From assembly GCF_000011325.1 (NCBI RefSeq), contig NC_003450.3, positions 1,770,001 to 1,802,000 on the forward strand: DNA of 32,000 nucleotides. The letters are read 5' to 3'. How positions within the stretch are numbered: position 1 is the first letter of the stretch; the number at the start of each line of letters is the position of its first letter. This DNA comes from Corynebacterium glutamicum ATCC 13032. Lineage in GTDB: Bacteria; Actinomycetota; Actinomycetes; Mycobacteriales; Mycobacteriaceae. A program made the position numbers and the translations under genes. Below the pieces are notes generated by a model that was not told the origin of the DNA, ran no database searches, and worked only from the letters and a program-made list of their open reading frames with translations. Below, piece after piece: positions 26,185 through 32,000 of this stretch.

Positions 26185-26185
26185 A

Positions 26186-27052
26186 GTGAAAAAAGTTTTT
26201 CAAAATGAAATGCGCACAATTTGGCAAAGAGATTCGGCCAATGATCAAGAACCGTGGTCCGAGATCCGTCGGTACTCTCCTGCAAATGGAAAACTTCCTC
26301 GCTTACCCGAGCAACTTCCTCAAGAAAACAGTTCGATCTATTGGGGTCAATCGGAAGATTTCACATTTAAAATCGGCACTTTGATTGATGAATCATTCTG
26401 GAGTGGTATTAACAAAAAAGCAATCAGTATGACCGATGATGACAAGAGTAAGCTTATTTTGAACTACTCAGAGAAAGCTATTAGTGCTTTCTCTGAGTTC
26501 TCTACTAGCGCCCACTGTCGATATCTGCCGGTTTTTGCACAGTACATCCATCATCTACCAAGAGATCTTCGAGAATTAAAAGAACTCCTGTTGGATAGCC
26601 ATGTGCGCTGTGTATTTGAGGACGCTAACCTATCAGTCTCCTCAATATTCAAAGACATCCAGTCTTTTGAAGATTACTCTAAAAAGTCTCATCGAATAGT
26701 TCATGGTTGTTTTCGATTTAGAAATATAGGTTTCTCAGGCAATGGCAAACTGCTCGTAATCTCCGGGGATGATCTAATCTACGGGTCTGAAATATTTATA
26801 CAAGCTGCGATGCTGGCTGATCTATTTGAGCTAAGTTCCTCCAAAGTCGTTGCTGTAAACAAATCAATGTTCGTTATGTATCAAACCTTCACTCAAAACA
26901 AGGACAGTTTTTATGTAAATAAATTAAACAGATTTACCTTCCTCTACCTAATCTCCCACTATGTACAATTTCTTTTTACCTACAAAAAATCTTTTCCTAA
27001 GAGACTTCTCTCGGAGGCAACGCTACTGAGATTCAACGGGCCTGTCATTTAG
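26186..27052 (+). CDS. kinase-fold-like protein lacking the catalytic Asp (pseudokinase/scaffold candidate)
   Basis: The GTG start is separated from the HFCD stop codon by a single nucleotide. HGCFRFRNIGF...LLVISGDDLIYG aligns with the HGDxxxxN...D pattern, but with Cys in place of Asp. No clear Gly-rich loop. Confidence 0.55.
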   Translation: MKKVFQNEMRTIWQRDSANDQEPWSEIRRYSPANGKLPRLPEQLPQENSSIYWGQSEDFTFKIGTLIDESFWSGINKKAISMTDDDKSKLILNYSEKAISAFSEFSTSAHCRYLPVFAQYIHHLPRDLRELKELLLDSHVRCVFEDANLSVSSIFKDIQSFEDYSKKSHRIVHGCFRFRNIGFSGNGKLLVISGDDLIYGSEIFIQAAMLADLFELSSSKVVAVNKSMFVMYQTFTQNKDSFYVNKLNRFTFLYLISHYVQFLFTYKKSFPKRLLSEATLLRFNGPVI

Positions 27053-27110
27053 CCTTTAGAAACTGGATCTTTTGTGCGCTCTAATAAACAGTAGTAAGAG
27101 TTTCTTCACA

Positions 27111-27137
27111 ACAACGACAGCGCAGTTGCCTTCGAGA
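27111..27137 (+). promoter_or_regulatory. recurrent intergenic dyad motif, copy A
   Basis: acaacgaCAGCgcaGTTGccttcgaga, 44 nt upstream of ATG 27182. Confidence 0.5.
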
Positions 27138-27181
27138 TAGTGGCTGAACACTACTGTGTACATCATCATGAAGGTCATGCA

Positions 27182-27772
27182 ATGTCTGAATACTTACCAC
27201 TCGCGCAACACGTGCTCTCCCAGCGCACGCAGCCGTGGCCAGAAGGGTCTTTTCATGTGCCACTGACAGGACACAGATCACAGTCTTTGCCCGGTGGCTA
27301 CGACAGCCATCCGTTTCAACATGGACTCTACCAACGCTAATACGGCATCATGGAGCGAGGCCTTAGCAAGCACAACCGCTTTGTGCTGCACTCGCATGGC
27401 ACTGGGCGCCGACACAGTGTCGGTGCAGATGCGGTGTGGGCGTACGTCATTACAGCGTTGAAGCAAGCTTATCTGGGTCGGTTCTCTTTTGTTGCTGAGG
27501 CACTACTGTTAACACAGCCAAACCAGTGGCCGGCTCACGCGCAACAACAATGGCAGCAACTGGTACTACAAGCCGATCATGCCAATCTCTACAGCGAGAT
27601 TTATCATCCCAGCGTGCTCATGAAGCGCAACACCGGCATAATTGCTGCTGCTGATCTCGTGCTTGCTGTGATTAACAAGAATGCCACCACCGGTGGCACG
27701 GCACACACTGTTCGGGAAGCAGAAACCATGAGAAAGCAGGTCTTTAGGATTCACCCAGCAGGTCTGGTCTAA
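27182..27772 (+). pseudogene. SLOG-superfamily (YpsA/DUF1273-like) gene interrupted by an in-frame TAA
   Basis: GAAGG RBS plus ATG 27182. The two ORFs 27140..27340 and 27350..27772 share one frame, separated by TAA at 27338-27340. Joined motifs: PLTGHRSQSLPGGYD, GADAVWA, LQADH, MKRNTGIIAAADLVLAV, TTGGTAHTV. Confidence 0.5.
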
Positions 27773-27795
27773 AAGATAGTCAACACTCGCGCACA

Positions 27796-27819
27796 CCCCA
27801 AGAGGATTTCCTCTTGGGG
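27796..27819. terminator. hairpin of the CCCCAAGxGG family
   Basis: ccccaagagg-attt-cctcttgggg, 24 nt after the 27772 stop. Confidence 0.55.
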
Positions 27820-27846
27820 TATGTAGCTCTTTAACTCCACCGAATT

Positions 27847-27969
27847 CTATTTTTCCAACTTGTCGCTCTTACGTTTTTGCACCACTTTCACCAAAATTAC
27901 AATGAGGCCGATCGAAATCAATAGCGCAACAGTAAAAAATAAAAGTGCAAAAAATAAAATAAACTCCAA
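27847..27969 (-). CDS. 40-aa hydrophobic membrane peptide
   Basis: Not in the ORF track. GGAAGGAGG lies 5 nt before TTG 27969. Peptide: MEFILFFALLFFTVALLISIGLIVILVKVVQKRKSDKLEK, one TM helix with a basic tail. It sits 50 nt downstream of the secreted-protein gene. Confidence 0.45.
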   Translation of the reverse strand: MEFILFFALLFFTVALLISIGLIVILVKVVQKRKSDKLEK

Positions 27970-28019
27970 CGAAACCTCCTTCCAACAATAAATCCGAGCA
28001 ACTCAAAAAATTTCACACA

Positions 28020-28757
28020 TTAGTTTGCGCTAAAATGAGCGCCATTGGTATCGACATCAACCTGTATCCAGGCCATATTTTGTATAGGGAATCCCTGGAA
28101 TAATAATGACAAAAGAGCACTCATGCGTACATTTCGATCACTAGTCTGCTCAAATGTTGGTGTTTCAAAACTCATTCCGATCCCAGTAACTGACGGATTG
28201 TAAAACTTCTGAATTTTCGCATCTTGTACTGTGTAATAGTAGTCAAAACGAAATGACATCGTAGCCAAAATAATAGTCTTTTGTGCCAAGCAATTAGTGT
28301 TAAAACGATGCCCTTGAGCAAAGAATTCCTCACAATCCCGAATAGAGCCAGGAACAATCGACCTCGGCTGGATCAGAGAATTATTTGCATCAATCGGGAC
28401 TTGAAGTGTAGAAACTACGACTGACCCATCAGCAAAACGCTCAATAGTACCTTTCCCCTGTTCATTTTCAAAGTCCTCAATGTCCACCGGATGTTTTTGT
28501 GGGTCGATTGAATCCCACAGTTCACCCTGTTCGAGTTTTCCTATTAATCTATTAACTTGCTCTTCAGGGACGTTGTATGACCGAAGGCCATCACGAACTT
28601 CATCAATTTGCTCAGCCGTGTAATCAATAGTTAATTGATCGGTAATGTGTATTGGATCGACACCCTCTATTGCCTCAGAAGGCGAGGCAAAAGTCAGTGT
28701 GGAAATTAAGACGCTCAATGCAATTACCGTAGTAGACGCTCTTATTGAAGTAAGCAC
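28020..28757 (-). CDS. secreted hypothetical protein (245 aa), low-GC
   Basis: Signal peptide MLTSIRASTTVIALSVLISTLTFASPSEA and an AT-rich upstream region at 28758-28990. I recognise no family. Confidence 0.75.
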   Translation of the reverse strand: MLTSIRASTTVIALSVLISTLTFASPSEAIEGVDPIHITDQLTIDYTAEQIDEVRDGLRSYNVPEEQVNRLIGKLEQGELWDSIDPQKHPVDIEDFENEQGKGTIERFADGSVVVSTLQVPIDANNSLIQPRSIVPGSIRDCEEFFAQGHRFNTNCLAQKTIILATMSFRFDYYYTVQDAKIQKFYNPSVTGIGMSFETPTFEQTSDRNVRMSALLSLLFQGFPIQNMAWIQVDVDTNGAHFSAN

Positions 28758-28999
28758 TTTAAAAATTATCCTCTTCTAGTAGTTCTTCAAATGCCAGATA
28801 AAAGCATAGTTTTGAACTATAACACGAATGTATTACCAGTAAATGGCCTTTCTCATTTCGCCACCCCCTCTGTGAAACAAAGCCATCACAGCTTTTCTTT
28901 GCAAAATGAATATAACAATTATAAACAGGGCTTAAATACTCATCTTAGGATTCTGCATATAAGAGCCCCGACATACACTGGCTACACCCTCAAGTATGT

Positions 29000-29035
29000 A
29001 AACGACAACACACCTGCATTCGGGGACATGCTCGA
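29000..29035 (+). promoter_or_regulatory. recurrent intergenic dyad motif, copy B
   Basis: aaacgaCAACacaCCTGcattcggggacatgctcga. It shares the ttcggRgacatgctcga extension with copy C. Confidence 0.5.
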
Positions 29036-29073
29036 TAAGTAGGCTACGTCTGCCTGCTACCGCTACCGTTCTT

Positions 29074-29500
29074 GCTGTTATCTCCGATTTCTGAGGTCAG
29101 TACGCGCTCCTGTCTAACTTCTACCACCCAGCCCAACCAATCGTTTTTCAAGGGTTCACCGAAGCAACTGTTGAGCACCTCATGCAGGTCATTGAGACGC
29201 TTGATCCCGATCAGCGCGCAGCGGTGCTCGCTGCAGCGATACCGCGCGAGGCTAAGATCCTGGGGCGAAAAGTAACTCTTCGCCCTGGTTGGGGCAATAT
29301 GCGCGTACACGTCGTGATTGCAGTTATCTTTATCAAGTTTTTGCAACCGGATCTTCGCCAGGCGCTGCTAACAACAGGTGATGCCGTACTTGTCGAAGAT
29401 GATACCTGAGGCGCCTTCTGGGGCGTCGATTCGCGCACCAGAAAAGGCGACAAACACCTCGATAAAGCACTCATGACTGTCTGTGAAATTCTGCACAACG
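29074..29500 (+). pseudogene. NADAR (YbiA/DUF1768)-domain gene remnant with two in-frame TGA codons and no start codon
   Basis: A single frame reads VISDF*GQYALLSNFYHPAQPIVFQGFTEATVEH...IPREAKILGRKVTLRPGW...IKFLQPDLRQALLTTGDAVLVEDDT*GAFWGVDSRTRKGDKHLDKALM. TGA at 29092-29094 and 29407-29409. This parallels E. coli YbiA: INFY..YGDFSNF..SEHYFQA..RMGR..W..AKF..L..T....LVEHT..D.YWG.G...G.N.LG..LM. Confidence 0.55.
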
Positions 29501-29546
29501 TACATAATCCAAAGGACTTCCCCCTGAGGTTTCTTTTTCTCCCAAG

Positions 29547-29584
29547 GACAACGACAGCACAGCTGCGTTCGGAGACATGCTCGA
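29547..29584 (+). promoter_or_regulatory. recurrent intergenic dyad motif, copy C
   Basis: gacaacgaCAGCacaGCTGcgttcggagacatgctcga, 40 nt upstream of ATG 29624. It is preceded by a degenerate hairpin plus tttcttttt at 29509-29538. Confidence 0.5.
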
Positions 29585-29703
29585 CCAACCACCCACCCGC
29601 ATCCTCAAAGGAGACTGCACATCATGTTCCTCACCAAAGATATGCTCGCACGTTTTCCTGCAAGTTTGAATTTGCCAATGCACAGTGCTCAGAACCAGAA
29701 GAA

Positions 29704-30605
<902 letters not shown>

Positions 30606-30629
30606 TCAATCCCTTAAAAGGAGATCATC

Positions 30630-30761
30630 ATGAACTGCCCAAACTGCTCCGAAGACATGACTGTCGTTGATGTTGTTGGTCGTGGTGCCAGCCGAGGTCT
30701 GTTGCTTATTGACCCCACCACTCACGTCTGCAGCGACTGCGGATATATCGAAGTACTGTAA
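30630..30761 (+). CDS. 43-aa zinc-ribbon protein
   Basis: Not in the ORF track. AAAGGAGA lies 7 nt before the ATG. Peptide: MNCPNCSEDMTVVDVVGRGASRGLLLIDPTTHVCSDCGYIEVL, with a CxxC...CxxC pattern. Confidence 0.6.
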   Translation: MNCPNCSEDMTVVDVVGRGASRGLLLIDPTTHVCSDCGYIEVL

Positions 30762-30804
30762 ATCAGCACACTCTCACATACCTTTACACCACCCCATACC
30801 CTTT

Positions 30805-30852
30805 AACCCCTGCACTGCTCATCCACAAGCACTGTGCAGGGGTTGTGTTTTC
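30805..30852 (+). terminator. putative terminator
   Basis: aacccctgcac ... gtgcaggggtt (30805-30844) followed by gtgttttc. Confidence 0.55.
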
Positions 30853-30872
30853 TAACAAGAAAAGAGACCACC

Positions 30873-31310
30873 ATGTTCACAGCTTTTAAAAGCAATCCTA
30901 CGACCATTAAAAAGCTGGTTTCTGAGCTCATTAATGGCGACGATGCAGCGCTCAACGAACTAGAGCGACACGTCACTAATGAATCAGTCCGTGCTCGCGA
31001 ACTCCCTAATGTCCAGTACAAAGCCACTGCGGGGCGCAACTTCGCCATATCCAAGCTGGTCCAAAATTTGCGTCGCATCAACAAGGCACAAAACAATCCA
31101 CGTGGTGTGCCCACTCATGCCACCGTGATTCTGCTTAAGGAAGACGGCAGCTACGACGGTGAAGAACAGTGGCGCATTCCAGAAAAGGCGATCACTCCGT
31201 TCGACATGCTACGTTCGCCTGACTTCAACCACAACAGGCTGAAGAACCGGCCGCTCATGGTCGAGTCCCAATACCCCTGGGGCGTCCCCGGACTCATTAA
31301 AATGAACTGA
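30873..31310 (+). CDS. hypothetical prophage protein (145 aa), paralog 1
   Basis: ATG 30873 after caagaaaagaga; the ORF-track start at 30834 lies inside the terminator. Contains EEQWRIPEKA and QYPWG, both shared with the next gene. Confidence 0.65.
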   Translation: MFTAFKSNPTTIKKLVSELINGDDAALNELERHVTNESVRARELPNVQYKATAGRNFAISKLVQNLRRINKAQNNPRGVPTHATVILLKEDGSYDGEEQWRIPEKAITPFDMLRSPDFNHNRLKNRPLMVESQYPWGVPGLIKMN

Positions 31311-31493
31311 TCAATCCCTGACACAGCCATTGATTCCGAGGATATGAAAGACCCCCGGACTACCGCGAAATTAACACCGGTGTCGGTACCGGCAACTGCA
31401 TCATTGTCGTTCCTGAACAAGCGCCGTGGTTTAAGCCAGCCATCATCAAACAGGCTTAAAAATACTCAATCGTCCCATTCAAGAAAAGAGCAC

Positions 31494-32000
31494 ATGACCA
31501 TGTACAACGCCGCAAAGACCCTTGTTCCCCAGATTGTTGCTTTCGATGACACAGCAATCATCGCACTCGACCAAGCCGCGGAAGATGAATTCCGCAAGGC
31601 TAACTACCCCGAGGTTAAAGCCAACCAAGAAGCTGCCTATATCCTGGCGGAAGCTGCCCAAAACATTCAACGCATTGCAACAGCTCGTGCCACAGGCGAT
31701 GTCCCAGCGACTGCTCGCGTGGTGCGCATTAAGGGCTCTGAGAAATACTACACCGAGGAGCAGTGGCGCATTCCAGAGAACGCCTACTACCCTCGCAGTA
31801 TGGCTGAATCTCCTGATGCTCACCTTGATGACCGTGGCATCTATATCATCCCAGCTCAATATCCTTGGGGATACGAGGAAATCATTAACCTACCGGCACG
31901 CGCTACCTCTACACCTGCTGTTGCTCCTCGCACTGAGGCTGCTCCAGCTACAGTATCTGATGCTGAGGTCCAGAGCCTGCTTGAGTACTTGCGTACTAAT
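31494..32000 (+). CDS. hypothetical prophage protein, paralog 2 (3' end outside the window)
   Basis: Not in the ORF track (no stop in the window). ATG 31494 after caagaaaagagc, open to 32000. Reads MTMYNAAKTL...YTEEQWRIPENAYYP...AQYPWGYEEI... An in-frame ATG at 31344 is an alternative start. The track's minus ORF 31479..31859 is its antisense shadow. Confidence 0.65.
   Translation, partial: MTMYNAAKTLVPQIVAFDDTAIIALDQAAEDEFRKANYPEVKANQEAAYILAEAAQNIQRIATARATGDVPATARVVRIKGSEKYYTEEQWRIPENAYYPRSMAESPDAHLDDRGIYIIPAQYPWGYEEIINLPARATSTPAVAPRTEAAPATVSDAEVQSLLEYLRTN

Larger units (their letters stand above)
21420..27100. other. low-GC cargo island carrying the RiPP operon
   Basis: Hand counts of 60-nt lines give about 37-42% G+C inside, versus about 52% in the 19.0 kb flank. 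The borders coincide with an inverted repeat (21404-21427) and a truncated terminator tail (27098-27107). Confidence 0.6.

Noticed and set aside
28791-29042. 83-aa plus-strand ORF
   Set aside because: It lies in the AT-rich promoter region of the divergent 28757 gene and ends inside dyad motif B. It has no RBS and an implausible composition.
29473-29703. ORF-track N-terminal extension of the 298-aa ORF (start 29473)
   Set aside because: The extension would translate the NADAR remnant tail, a degenerate terminator plus T-run, and dyad motif C. The shared frame appears coincidental.
31479-31859. 126-aa minus-strand ORF (and 31151..31420 minus)
   Set aside because: It is antisense to the much better supported plus-strand paralog, which has an RBS, conserved motifs shared with 30873-31310, and a frame open to the window end.

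Overview
The sequence looks like a Corynebacterium chromosome running into a prophage. The left ~6.7 kb is core genome: a HIT-family gene, thrS, a Tat-DyP/PCuAC/CopC copper operon, a six-tRNA array on the minus strand, and a plus-strand tRNA-Val(CAC). From that tRNA to the window end, the content is prophage-like. From memory (not verified) it matches the left arm of cryptic prophage CGP3 of C. glutamicum ATCC 13032, roughly cg1890-cg191x. It contains an Xis-like HTH gene, the actin-like AlpC with adaptor AlpA and a repeat-rich upstream region, a GNAT gene, three signal-peptide collagen-like repeat proteins, many small hypothetical genes and several decayed genes. The main finding is a ~5.6 kb low-GC insert (about 21.4-27.1 kb) that reads as a compact RiPP operon. 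It holds an ABC exporter, a 51-aa Thr-rich precursor ending in Cys that the ORF track misses, an APH-like kinase, a HopA1-like lyase candidate, an HFCD (EpiD/LanD-type) cysteine decarboxylase and a kinase-like protein lacking the catalytic Asp. This is class-V-lanthipeptide / aminovinyl-cysteine logic carried as prophage cargo. Secondary observations: (1) a recurring terminator-plus-dyad intergenic cassette (5 copies), with foreign DNA inserted at three or four of its junctions; (2) a 9-bp x10 tandem array; (3) decayed NADAR, SLOG and possible ATP-grasp genes; (4) att-like repeats next to the tRNA; (5) a secreted-protein plus 40-aa membrane-peptide pair. All functions are inferred from motifs read by eye; no searches were run.
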